In this document: positions 23,772 through 35,840 of the stretch, one piece after another
Position numbering within the stretch: the stretch's first letter is position 1
How the letters are laid out: the number at the start of each line of letters is the position of its first letter
NCBI GenBank assembly: GCA_001600695.1
Contig: BCKQ01000002.1
Span: 1,261,184 to 1,325,183, forward strand
DNA: 64,000 bases
Direction of reading: 5' to 3'
Source of the DNA: Ascoidea asiatica JCM 7603
Lineage: Eukaryota; Fungi; Ascomycota
The notes under the pieces: generated by a model
Database searches by the model: none
What the model was told of the DNA's origin: nothing
Seen by the model: only the letters and a program-made list of their open reading frames with translations
Made by a program: the position numbers and the translations under genes

Positions 23772-26700
23772 GAATACAAATTCAAATAATTATTTTACTT
23801 GTATTTAGACTGTTTTATTCAGAAACTTGAATATAAATTGAAAATTTGCGAGTTTTAAGAAGAGAAAAATAGAAATAAAAAAGTATGAAATAATTTTTAG
23901 TACTTCGTTGGAATAGATTTAGTATAAAAGTAAATGAAATTTGAAAATGGTTTAGTTCTTAAACCAGCCTAAGAATACGAATTTTCAATACTTTCAAATA
24001 TTTTCATACAATTCTTGTGACAGATTTTGTTTTTCTTCTATTTGCAAATAAAACGGAAATTTTAGAAAAGTACCAGGTACAGTTCAGTAAAATATAATTG
24101 AATAGAATAAAATAGAATAAATTTGAATTAAATTGAATAAATTAATTAACTAATTGACTAATTTGAATTACCCTTGTAAAGTGAAATTAGTGCATCTTCG
24201 GAGATTAGATCAACTGCTCTTTTTAATTGAAAAGTGCAACTATTTGTACCTGGAAATATCTACGCTATTTTGATATTACAGTTACGTTACAATTAAGCCA
24301 CGCTACGTTTCTTTTACGTTACTATAGCAATAGTATTTCAATAGTATTTCAATAGTATTACAATACAATTCTAGAATTTAAAATTTAAAATCTCAAGATT
24401 TTCATAAACAGGGAATAAAACTCGAAAGTATGCAGAAATGAGTTCCATCGCGCTCTTAGCCCATTTACTTTAAATACGAAAATAATATTTTTTCTTCTCG
24501 ACTTTCATTTTTCAATTTTCATTTCTTTTTAGTTTTGAATTTTATGGATCTGATGGATCAAATTGGTCAAATTGATGATATTTACTACTTTAATGATTTT
24601 GAGAATATTTCATGTCTACGACTGAAAAGATTATCAGTCAAACTTACAAAATCTGATCCGAAAGTGATATTTAGATTGATTGTATTTACAATTATTGAGT
24701 TAAATCTTTTTTTTTAATTCAGAAAATTTCATCTTTAAATGATTATTTACAATTTTTTATTTTAACATTAAGTACGAATCTAGTAATAATATCCAGTAAT
24801 AGTGACCTTACAAAGCAAGATAAAAATAAAAAATAAGAATTTCATTTTGTTAAAGAAATGAATGAATGAAAATACGAGTATATTATAGATTAAATGATAA
24901 ATTATATTATTGCCCCATCTATGCTTTTCAATACTTACGAATTCAAACTGTTGTATACTTTTTTTTTTGTTTTTAGTACTGTGCTTGAAAATTTACGATA
25001 TGAAAAGTTTTATAATTAATAAATAAATAAATAGATAAATGATTAATAAATTAATAAATTAGTAATTTGTGATCTGTGATATTTGATATGTAAGTGAGCG
25101 TGATAATGTTTTACTAACAGTTTTATTTTGAAAAATTGTTTACGAGAATACTAGAGCATTTCCATATTTTGTTTTTAATTTTTCAACATTTTACTAAATT
25201 ATTACCAATAGTTGTCGTTTTAATTGTGATGTTTAGAATAGATTCGAATATTTTCGTAAATTGAAAAAAAAATGAAGCGAAGAACAAGAAGACGTTAACC
25301 TACATACACATGCAACAGATGAAAAGAAACACGCATGAAGGTACATGTTTTGGTTAAACGCATTAACTCCTAGTTTAGTTTTAATATTCTCCTATTTGTC
25401 TCTTGATTTTTAGACCCACAAATATGGGTTTTGCGAAGATATGTTTTTTTTTTTTTTTGTTTTTGAAAAATGTGAAATTTTTATAGAAGTTTATAAAAAC
25501 ATTAATGTTTGCATGTGTTTTCAACTTTTAGCTGCATATCTGCATGATCATAAAATGAATTAAAAAAAATACACAAAAATATATCAATAGAAAAATTTGA
25601 AAGTTAATAAATCACGTGAATTATTGGATAATTTTTTATTCATTAACGGAATAATATTACTATTTGTAATCCAGTAAGGTAATACGTAAATGAATTAAAA
25701 AAAGAAGATGATAAAAAAGGGAATACCATGCACCCGATAAATATAAAATAAGGATAAAATTTTAACTACTAGTAGAGTGGAGCTGCGAGTTGTTAGACAC
25801 GAGGCATAAAGGAATTGTTATTATATGATTGTATGGTAAAGCATAATTTGTGGCGATAGTAAATAAATTAAATACAAATTTACCTGACCATAGGATATCA
25901 TTATTACTAATGGTTAGTAATTGATGAAAAATATTGAATTCCTGTGAAAAACAAAAAAACAAAAGACAACATTTTTGAAGATCTTGAACGGTTTAAATAC
26001 TTATAAAATATTAATACTAAAAGTGGGCAATGTTCTATAAAAAAAGTCAGTTTATCGATCTCATTTTAATAACTCCAACAATTATCATCATAAGTCTGAT
26101 TTTGTTATCAATAAATAATTAAAGGAATCGAAAAACAAATTATAGTCGGCATAATCTTTAGCCTATTCATCCCATATTCATTTCATAATTCACTCATATG
26201 GTTTGGCTATCATCAACAAGCAATAAGGCATATTTGTTATTTGTTACTTATTCTTATCAAAGGGCATGTAGTTTAAGGGAATTTTGGAATCTTTATAAAT
26301 ATTCTCTCACTCAATTGAAGACACTCATAAATTATCTTTGAATATTTTTGATTATCTTTGAAAATTGGCAAGAATTTCTTGTAAGAAGCTGAAGAAATGG
26401 TGAATGTTAACTTCATAAGAACTGATAATGTCATATCATTCCCTTCACAGCCCCACAGCTCCTGTATCATTAAATCCCCGACGCCTGAAAAAACGGTGGT
26501 GGAATTATCTTACACTTTTAAACAAGGTGAAACAACGCATATCCAACATACAATCAGCTGAAAGGCGTTATGTTAGTCAAGTTCCGGTTAATGCTGGTAT
26601 TTCAAAGCGTGTTTAGTTCTTGGAATAGAAGTAAACTGTGCTTAACATACCCATGTGCGCAAAGGGACAACTCAACACAGAGGTGGCCATAGTAACTACA

Positions 26701-28410
26701 AAATTTGAATATCAATAAGAATATGGCGCTTTTTCATTCGTCAAATAAACAAATTTGTATACACTAACTATTTTTAATATATTTTCCAAAACAGGGGTTT
26801 GTATATACTTTCATTTGCACATATTTATACAGCGCTGCACACTACTCCACCTATAACACAATGTTATTCTTGTTTCCATGAGTCGTATATTCTCTTATCT
26901 TGATCTCTTATCGCCCTAAAGGCGCATTTCTTAGTGAAAATAAAGAAAAAAAATATACCACAAAGGTAAAGACCATATCTACAGTTGCTTACGTAATTAA
27001 TATATAACCTTCAACGACAACTTTAATTACCTAGGAATTTGAACAACTAGCGGTAAATACAGTATAAATTTTATGCTTAAGCTACAAACATATTTTTGTT
27101 ACTATTTTCAACAAGGTTAATTTCATCATATTTTGAAATTGAATGAAATCGCGCAAAAAATAGCGAAGTAATTAAATTAAATTAAATTCAATTCAATTCA
27201 ATTCTATTCAATTCAATCCATTAATTAATTGATTAATCAATTGTATAATCAATCTACTAATTAATTAACTAAATAACTAGTTTGTATATAATTGATAATA
27301 TCCAATATAATTTTGAAGAACATAATTTATACACCGTCGCCACAAAACTAAAAAAAAAATACAAAGCTACGCGTTCTGAATTTATATTCATTTTTGCCAT
27401 TTGTTTATTTGTTATAAATTTATAACATTTATTAAAATTGATTGACTCTTGTTACAAAAGATCAATAGAAATGGATCTCAACCGGTCCAAAAGAAAGTAC
27501 AAAACTACAATTCTTGCATATTTCCCATGGGCATGGAAAAAGAATGATCAGCTTATCTAACCGATTCTAGACCTTATTGTACACAGATTTATATGTTTTA
27601 ATTTTGTTTGCTTTTTATTTCCTTTAACAGTGAGTAACAAGCTCAGACGAATATTAACATTAGTGCAGAGAGCATCTAGCGTTACTACGGAATGCCAGCA
27701 CTCCCAGTGCCTGAGTAACCCGGGAAACATCCTGGTGCTGTGTGCACAGACTGGGTGACTGTGCTGCCTGGATGGTGATCCGTTTGTGTTCAGATGTGTT
27801 CAGATGTGTTCACCTGGATTCAGATGGATCTGGGATCTGCGTTATCTGTTGCTGGGTCATTCCCACTCTCTCACTGCCCAGCTGGCCACTAACATTATAC
27901 TTCGGTGTCCTGCTGCACTCGGCTGCTGTTCTTTTGTCCTCTGCTACTTTTCTGCTGTTGCTTTTATCACCGGAGTGAAATCTCATTCATTCATTCAATC
28001 CACTTCCATGCCTTGTTACTTTACTACTGTAGTTAGTTACTGCTGTTTTATATTCTTCTTCTATTTCTCAGTGTCCAGTGGAATTGTCGTAGGCCTGTTT
28101 TATTACTTTCTCTTTCTTCTTCCACTTCTATATAAACTCAGACCTTTTTCCTGTTTCTTTATTTATTTTCATAATTTCACTTCTGTTATTTTAATTAAAA
28201 ACAATAACAACAATTCAAAACTTTTAAAACTATTATATTCTATTTTATCTTATTATTATCCTACTTTTATTATATCATATCATATTATATTATATTATAC
28301 TATATCATATTTTATTATAATCAAATTTAAAATCTTTTTTTGTATTTATCTCTCAATTTACACACTACTATTTCATGAAATAAATAATCAAATCTCTTAC
28401 TTTTAAAAAA

Positions 28411-30270
28411 ATGGATTTTACAAAAGTAAATAAATCTCAATTAAAACTTAAAATTTATTCAACATCAACAAAAGATGAAAATTTAAAATCAATTGATTTT
28501 TTATCAAATTCTCAAACAAAAAATTTAGATTTAATTAATGTTTTATATACAATAAATTTTATTAAAATTATACAAAATAATCCAAATTCAAATTTAAATT
28601 TTAAAACTTTAGCATTTAATGATGAATTTTATAATAATTATCAAAGTTCAAATTTCTTAAATCATTCAAATTTTAATAATCTTTTCATAAATAATTATTC
28701 TCATTTTAATCAATCAATTTCAAATTCAATTATTAAAGATAAATTAAATTTAAGTTATTTTCAAATTAAAAATGAAAATAGAAATAAAAAAAATAAATTT
28801 AATAAATCAAATTTATTTAAATATCAAGATGATAATTTTTTAAATTTAAAAACAAATCATAATATACCTTTAATATTTAATAATAAAGATAATTTAATTT
28901 CTTTTAAAAAAAATATTCATCTTGAAAGAACTAAATATAATTTATTTCGTTTATCAAATAAAAAATTATTTAATTTAAAAATTTTAACTTTAAATAAGAA
29001 TTCAATACAATTCTTTGATAATATTTTAAAAAATTTTAAAATTCATAAATATTTAAATAGAAAATATTCAAATTATTCTTCAACTTATTCTTCTCCAAAA
29101 GATCTTTGGTTTCAAATAACTGCTTTTCCTTCTTTAAATTCTTCTTATTTTCCTTTAATTGAAAATAAAAATCAAATTAATCCCTTTTTAACTAATTTAA
29201 ATTATAATTATTCTATCTATTCAAATATCAACAACAATACTAATAACAATAGTACAAATGATAGCAATGATACTTTAATTCAAACTACTGAGTCTTTTGA
29301 TTCAATTGAATCTAGAAATGATTCTATTTTTGATAATACTTCTATTAACTCATCTAATTCTTCAAATTCTTTATCTTCTATTGAATCTTTAAATTATAAT
29401 CAAAATAAAACTCCAAAATTAAAATCAATACTACGTAACTCTAATTCAAATTCTAATACTAATTCTAATTCAAGCTCAAGTATTGATCAAGATTATAATT
29501 CAATTCAATCTTCATCATATAAAAAAAAATCAGTTTCATTTTTAAAATCTTGTCTTAAAAATAAAACAAAAAATATTAATACTTTAAATTCTTTATCTGA
29601 TGCTAAAAAAGTTATATGTGATTATTATAATGAAATTTCTTCATCTAATTTAAATAAAAAACAAAATAACAAAGTTGTTACTTTTTTTTCTGATGTTGAA
29701 GTTGCAAAAATTTCTACTTACTCTGAAAGACCAGAACAAAAATTTTTAAATAAAAATTTAAGAAATTTATCAAATAATCATCTATCAAATTATAAAGATC
29801 AATTAAAAAATTTGAAATTAAAATTTTTAAATGATAGACAATCTTTAACTGAAAGATATGATATAAGATTAAATAATTTAAATTCAAATTATCATATTAA
29901 AAGATTACCAAATTTAGATTTTAAAACTTATTCTCATTTAAAATCAAATTTAATTAAAAAATTTGATTCAAAATTATTAGTTTTATTTAATCAATATGAA
30001 GATAATAAATTATCAATAAAAATTGAAGTTTCAAAAATGTTATATTTAAAAGAATTAATACAAAGAGAAAAACTTGCAAATTATACTTATTCAATTATTC
30101 AATGTTTACCAGTCAAAGAAAATGATGGTGAACCTTTACAAAAATTTAAATTTGATGAAAATTCAAAAAGATATTTAAATCCTCATTATACTTTTAATGA
30201 TGAATATTATGTTACATATAATGTGGCTAATAAATATTTCAGAGCTCTTGATAGAGAACTTAATCATTAA
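28411..30270 (+). CDS. Hypothetical Asn/Ser/Lys-rich protein with candidate PP1(Glc7)-docking motifs
   Basis: 619-codon ORF with an AAAAAAATG start context; KSILR, KSVSF, KSCLK and KVVTF motifs; no family recognised. Confidence 0.7.
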   Translation: MDFTKVNKSQLKLKIYSTSTKDENLKSIDFLSNSQTKNLDLINVLYTINFIKIIQNNPNSNLNFKTLAFNDEFYNNYQSSNFLNHSNFNNLFINNYSHFNQSISNSIIKDKLNLSYFQIKNENRNKKNKFNKSNLFKYQDDNFLNLKTNHNIPLIFNNKDNLISFKKNIHLERTKYNLFRLSNKKLFNLKILTLNKNSIQFFDNILKNFKIHKYLNRKYSNYSSTYSSPKDLWFQITAFPSLNSSYFPLIENKNQINPFLTNLNYNYSIYSNINNNTNNNSTNDSNDTLIQTTESFDSIESRNDSIFDNTSINSSNSSNSLSSIESLNYNQNKTPKLKSILRNSNSNSNTNSNSSSSIDQDYNSIQSSSYKKKSVSFLKSCLKNKTKNINTLNSLSDAKKVICDYYNEISSSNLNKKQNNKVVTFFSDVEVAKISTYSERPEQKFLNKNLRNLSNNHLSNYKDQLKNLKLKFLNDRQSLTERYDIRLNNLNSNYHIKRLPNLDFKTYSHLKSNLIKKFDSKLLVLFNQYEDNKLSIKIEVSKMLYLKELIQREKLANYTYSIIQCLPVKENDGEPLQKFKFDENSKRYLNPHYTFNDEYYVTYNVANKYFRALDRELNH

Positions 30271-33200
30271 ATTAATTCCTATTTTACTAATAATAATTAG
30301 ACCTAATATTACTCCCTTATTTTGTATTCTACAACTTTTACCTGGATATTATAATTTTTTCTCAATCTCATTTCAATTTCAATTTTTTTTTTTTCACTTT
30401 TTTATTACTACTATATTTTAACATTTTTATATTATTACTCTATTATACTATTATATATTATATGATTTTGCTCTGTCTACCATATATTTTTTTTTCTTTT
30501 TTTTATTATTCAATCTTAATTAATTATCTAGCATTTTTTTCTTCAATTCTTTCAATGATTTTACTAACTATTGCTTAATATTTGTTTTCATTTCCTTATA
30601 TCATTTATGTTTCTTTTGGTTTTCAAGTGTTTCTTTTTTTTTTTTTTGGTGCTTATTATATTACGTGAACAGCTTAATTACTTAATTTTTTATTTCTTTA
30701 TTTCTTTAGATAGTCTTTTTTTTCAAATCTTTTTTCAAGATGTGTGTTGGCAGTGTTTATTTGCCTTGTATTTTATTTTATTTTTTTTTAGTGTCTTTCA
30801 TTAATAAATTTTACTTATGATTTAATTAATTTTTAACATTATGTGTAGAATCTATTTATTAGTTCAATGTAACTTTGTTAAAGATAGATTCTTTACTCTT
30901 TGTTCCAAGATTAGGTTTTTATTTTTAATCTTGAATTATGGCTTTGGCCTCCTTGTGAATATCAGAATCTTGAATTATTTTTTATTAAAAATAAATAATA
31001 AACTTGTTTAATTTTAGTTTGAATTTTCTATAATTGTTATTTTATCTGGTATTGTTTTTTTTTTCTTTGAATAGACTCAGAATTCATTTACAAAAAGAGT
31101 AAAAGAATCTTGAATTTTCAAATTAACGACAATTTCTGAGCACATTTCTCATCAAAGGAATTATGAACTTGTAAATTTTTGTTTTCTTGGTTATTCAAAC
31201 TGTTTTTACTCATTTGTATGTGAACTACTAAAGTAGTAGTCATTAATTATTTAGAAATCATCAAATAATGGATAAATAAATAAACTAGGAAAAATAAACC
31301 AAGTATGTTCTTGATGACTATTTTTCAAGATGAAGACTGTGATTGGGCCAAATAAAAATGGGTGAACCCATAATTACCACCAATCATGCCATTGTTCAAT
31401 TAGTTCTAACTATTGATATATAGTTTTACACTGAGTTTCGGAAGTTAAATAAGAAAACTAAATTCTAAATGGAAAAATACATTGAAAAGCATTTTTTGTT
31501 TTATGTTTTACATGAAAATAATATTGAAAACAATGATAAAAACAATGATGATGTCTTGCAGAAGTTCTTGAACATCAAATAAAAAAAATTCAACAGATTT
31601 TTATCAAATGCTGATTTAACAAAGAAATCGAGTTCACCAATAAAAATGAACTTAAGGGGCCAGTTGCAGTCTGAACAGAATTTTTGTATTTCCTTTTATC
31701 GGTTTTAAAGCTTTAAAAGTTCTAATAAAAATGATAATAATAATAATTACTCAGGTAATATTTATACAAAATAAACAAAACAAATAAAATAACTTAGAGG
31801 ATATCTTAGACTTTCTTTGTTCTTATCGGAGTAAATGGAATTTGGTATAATTTGGTATAATTTTATAAAAAACTGCTTAATTTTATAAATTTATAGTAAA
31901 TTTGTAATAAATAAGAATCATCTTTATGTATAATTTGAATTAGAAAATGCAAAACCAAAAGTAATGCGATATTGCATTTATTTTGTTGAGAAAGCATTGA
32001 TTATGACGATTTCTTAAATATCAATGACTATGTTTTGTAAATGTTTTAACATAGAACCAAATTGATAGAAACAATTTATTCTATTTTATTGTTTTGAAAT
32101 CAACGAAGTCAGATTAAATTCTGGAGTATAAACATAGTTATCGTATTTCTAACAAATTTTATTATTTTATTGAAATCTTGGATTGGAATCTTAGGAAAAG
32201 TTTGCCATTTGCGATAAGAAGAGCTAATATGGAAACAAACCACCAAAATTATACCGAACTATGAATAGAAAAGAATACCAATAAAATATCTAATTTTAAT
32301 ATTACTATGATAAGAAAAAGAAAAAAGGTCTCTCTTTACTAACAAAAAAGCTATTTATGATATTTATTTTAGTTCTTTTGAAGCCCAAACCAGAGATAAT
32401 AAAAAAAGCATTTATCGGCGTATTTGCAATATATAAAAAAAGAACAAAGTGGCAAAACTGTTAATAGTTTCTGATAATCAATAATTTAAACCAAAAAATA
32501 CTTCCGTATGAACCGAATTTACGGTAGAATTATCTCTGAATCCTGTTTAGATTATTCAGGTTGAACATTTGTTTTTTATTTTTCCTTTAGCTTCAAAAAT
32601 AATATTAAGATAATGATCATAAGAAGAGATTTGCAAATCTGTTCAAATTGTTGAAAATAATTATAGATTATTATGGGGTGGCTTTTTTTATACTCCAGAT
32701 AAAATTAAACTGATAAAAAATAGTTAATTTAATTGTTTGTTTACTTATTACTCCGATAAGAAATTATATTTATTGAAAGGAAAAATAATATGTTTTTTTT
32801 AGCTTCGCAGCCTCGTGGTATTTCATTGAACTATTTTAAATGATCATTATTCTTTATCAGTTCTTATGGCTTTTTTTGTTTTCTGATTTTTTTTTTTACT
32901 CGAGAGTTTATTGTAGAAAATCTCGATTATCAAAACATTAATGTACTATACCTCTAGATTATATCATTTTAAATCTTGTTTTGAAAATTTTTGAGAATTT
33001 AAAATTTCCTTGTTTGTGTAATATAAGCTATTTTAATCAAAGATCAACATTAAATATATTTCCAGAGCCATAAAACTTGAATTAAAATTACAATTAAAAG
33101 TAAAATTAAAATTTAAAAGTAAAATTAAAATTTAAAAGTAAAATTAAAACAAATAACTTCAAGAATAAGAATATCAAATACAATTACAATTACAATTTTA

Positions 33201-33913
33201 ACAAAAATGAAAATGCATTTAGTTCTGATAAAGATCCAAATAAACCTCAATAATAATCGACTCTACGTAATTCCTGCACAACCGTATATCAGGTTAAAAT
33301 ATTGTTAAAAATTGTATTATTTCTTGGTGAGGATAATCTTTATCTTCAGAAAATTGAATATGATTTTCATACTTCTCCAGGCCCCTTTATATTCCAATTT
33401 TGGAGTAAAAGTGCTCCTGATCTAAAGTACTCCAGTTTCTGATAAGGTGCTTCGGATTGTTGTTGGGACTCGGCATTCGGCATAAATATGTGCAATATTG
33501 TAAGCATTTGAGCTATGCATATTGCACAGTGAGCTACATTATCTGGAGCTAATAAATTAATGCAAGAACGTTACTGTTGTTAATTGCAACAGTGAATTTT
33601 TCCCCGAAGCTTAGTAATTATTTACATAATACGGAAAAATTAGAAATATTATATGTAATAGGTATGTATTTATTAAATTTATTTATTTATGAGATTTGAA
33701 TAATATTGTACAACAAAAAATAGATATAATAAAGAATAATAAGTAAGAAACAGAACATAGAAAGTAAAGAATGAAAAAAAAAAGAATAGAGAATATAGAA
33801 GGATTTAAAGAAGCTATATAAAATTTTCCTGTTTTGAAAAATTAATTAAATAATTGTAAGTAAGTAAGGAGGTAAATAGATAATGAAAATTATTTTGAAA
33901 ATTTTAAAAAAGT

Positions 33914-34864
33914 TCATAATTCATCTCTAAAGATAACTTTAGAATCTACAACATTTTCTTCTTTTACACCATTATCAATTTTACTAACCCAAGTTTTAGC
34001 TCTTTCAAACCCATTTTTACCATATTGATAATCCATAAAAGCATTTCTTATTTCTGAATTACTTAAAGCTACAAAAGGACCATATTGAACAATTGGTTGA
34101 TCAATTAATTGACCACCAACTAAAATAAATTCAGTATCAACTTTTGAAGAATCAGGAACTTTACCAGAAATAAATTCACCGTCTCTTTTAAAAAAAACAG
34201 CATTATATTGAGAAATTTTAGTTTCTTTTGAATCAGATTCATTTAAAATTAAATTACCATTCATTAAATATAAAAATGAATTATAATCAGTTGGCATATT
34301 TTGTTTAAATTCTCCACCAGGTTTTATAATATAATGATAATAATTAACAGGAGTATAAGCTAATTCATTAATAGATTCAATATCATAAGTTTTTCCACTT
34401 ATTACTTTAACTTGAACTTTATCATTTGGATTTGCAATTGGAATATCAGATTTTCTAAGATCTCTATATCTTGGATCACAATATTTTTTTTCTTTTGGTA
34501 AATCTACCCATAATTGCATTCCAATACATGGTTTATTATCTTTTGATTGAACAGGAATTTCAGAATGAACAACACCTTTACCAGCAGTCATGAATTGTAA
34601 ATCACCAGAATTTAAAACACCTCTAGAACCAGTGAAATCTTCATGAGCCATTTTACCATCAATAACATAAGTAATAGTTTCCATACCTCTATGAGGATGA
34701 GAAGGAAATGAACCATCTGGAGGTTGAGCATTAAAATGATCTAACATTAAAAATGGTGGAAAATTTCTCATTCCCATTGTACCAATTGAACGACGAACTC
34801 TTGCACCTGCACCTTCAGATTGTTCAACAGCTAAAAAGAATTTTAAAATTGATCTTGGATTCAT
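33914..34864 (-). CDS. Pirin-like protein (bicupin, Fe-binding)
   Basis: EGAGARVRRSIG, PFLMLDHF, FPSHPHRGMETITY, AHEDF, MTAGKGVVHSE, QLWVDLP, IVQYGPFV. Confidence 0.95.
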   Translation of the reverse strand: MNPRSILKFFLAVEQSEGAGARVRRSIGTMGMRNFPPFLMLDHFNAQPPDGSFPSHPHRGMETITYVIDGKMAHEDFTGSRGVLNSGDLQFMTAGKGVVHSEIPVQSKDNKPCIGMQLWVDLPKEKKYCDPRYRDLRKSDIPIANPNDKVQVKVISGKTYDIESINELAYTPVNYYHYIIKPGGEFKQNMPTDYNSFLYLMNGNLILNESDSKETKISQYNAVFFKRDGEFISGKVPDSSKVDTEFILVGGQLIDQPIVQYGPFVALSNSEIRNAFMDYQYGKNGFERAKTWVSKIDNGVKEENVVDSKVIFRDEL

Positions 34865-35840
34865 TTTGTTATAATTCAGTTTAGTATTTGTGAAATTGAT
34901 AAGATTTGATTTAATTAGTTTAAAAGTTTTGAAAAATAAATTAAAATAATTGTATAATATAAAAGGATATAAGTTTTTAATTTTATATGTAATAATAATA
35001 AAAGAATATTTTCAAAAATTTGGAAATTTCAATAAATGAGTAAATGAAGACCTTTTTATATCAATTGAAAACAAAAAAAATTCAATCTGAATAAATTTGA
35101 TCTGACAATAGAAGTTTGACATAAACATTAACTTGTATGTAGTTAATAGTGTAGTCAGTAATATTGAAATTAAGCAACTTACTAATTATCGAGTAATACA
35201 CCGCATATTACCAATTACATAACTTTTACATAATGAAAATAATAAATTTAAGCTTGTATTTACAATGCTGGAGATTTAAAAAATCATGAAAAAAGCAAAT
35301 TATTTCCAGATTATCATCTAATTATCATTAAATTCATAAGAATTGATAAATATTTATAAGAATACAGAACATTAAAGAACAATGAAGAATAAAAGACTTT
35401 TAAACCTTCTGTTGAAATTGTTTTCTTTTCTATTGATGATCATTCCTCAAATTCTTCTGAAGCAGCTGCAATTAAAAAAATAAAGAAAAAAACTAAAACA
35501 ACGCCATTTTCATGGGGCTTCTAGAACAAGGCACTATTTATTATATAAAATTTCTGTTTTGGGAAAAAAGGTCAAACAAGAAGGCCTTGGTTTAAAACAC
35601 GTGAGTAAACTTTTATAATTACGTAATTGATTACCAATCTTTCTTTTTTTTTGATTTTCGCATTTTGAAATTTGTGTGGTTTTTTTCATGAGAAGTGAAA
35701 ATTTGATTTTGAAAGTAAGCTGAAGAGAAAAGAACACTGAAATTAAATTGAAAATCAGCAAGTTTTATAGAAAGTTGAGGTTTTAAAAATACTTAAATCA
35801 CAACTGAAGTTTATAATATATATTATTAAAAAGATTTAAA

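Noticed and set aside
25090-25120. GTAAGT...TACTAACAG mini-intron
   Set aside because: Only 31 nt and no flanking reading frame.
25611-25740. ATCACGTG followed by AT-rich DNA as a possible point centromere (CDEI-II-III)
   Set aside because: No CDEIII consensus (TGT..TG..TTCCGAA) at a suitable distance on either side, and the whole window is AT-rich; more likely a plain Cbf1 site.
27742-28406. ORFs of 78 and 206 aa upstream of the 619-aa gene (similarly 10622-10987, 16250-16438, 40599-40961, 58467-58758, 60637-60948, 63236-63496)
   Set aside because: Mostly non-ATG starts, atypical codon usage, and located in GC-richer promoter islands or T-rich leaders where stops are depleted by chance.
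22448-28410. Transposon, LTR or CRISPR-like array in the long intergenic region
   Set aside because: No long direct or terminal inverted repeats, gag/pol/transposase fragments or repeat-spacer structure seen; only microsatellites and homopolymers.
35179-35233. Yap1-like TTACTAA/TTACATAA sites upstream of pirin
   Set aside because: Biologically plausible, but such AT-rich motifs occur frequently by chance here.
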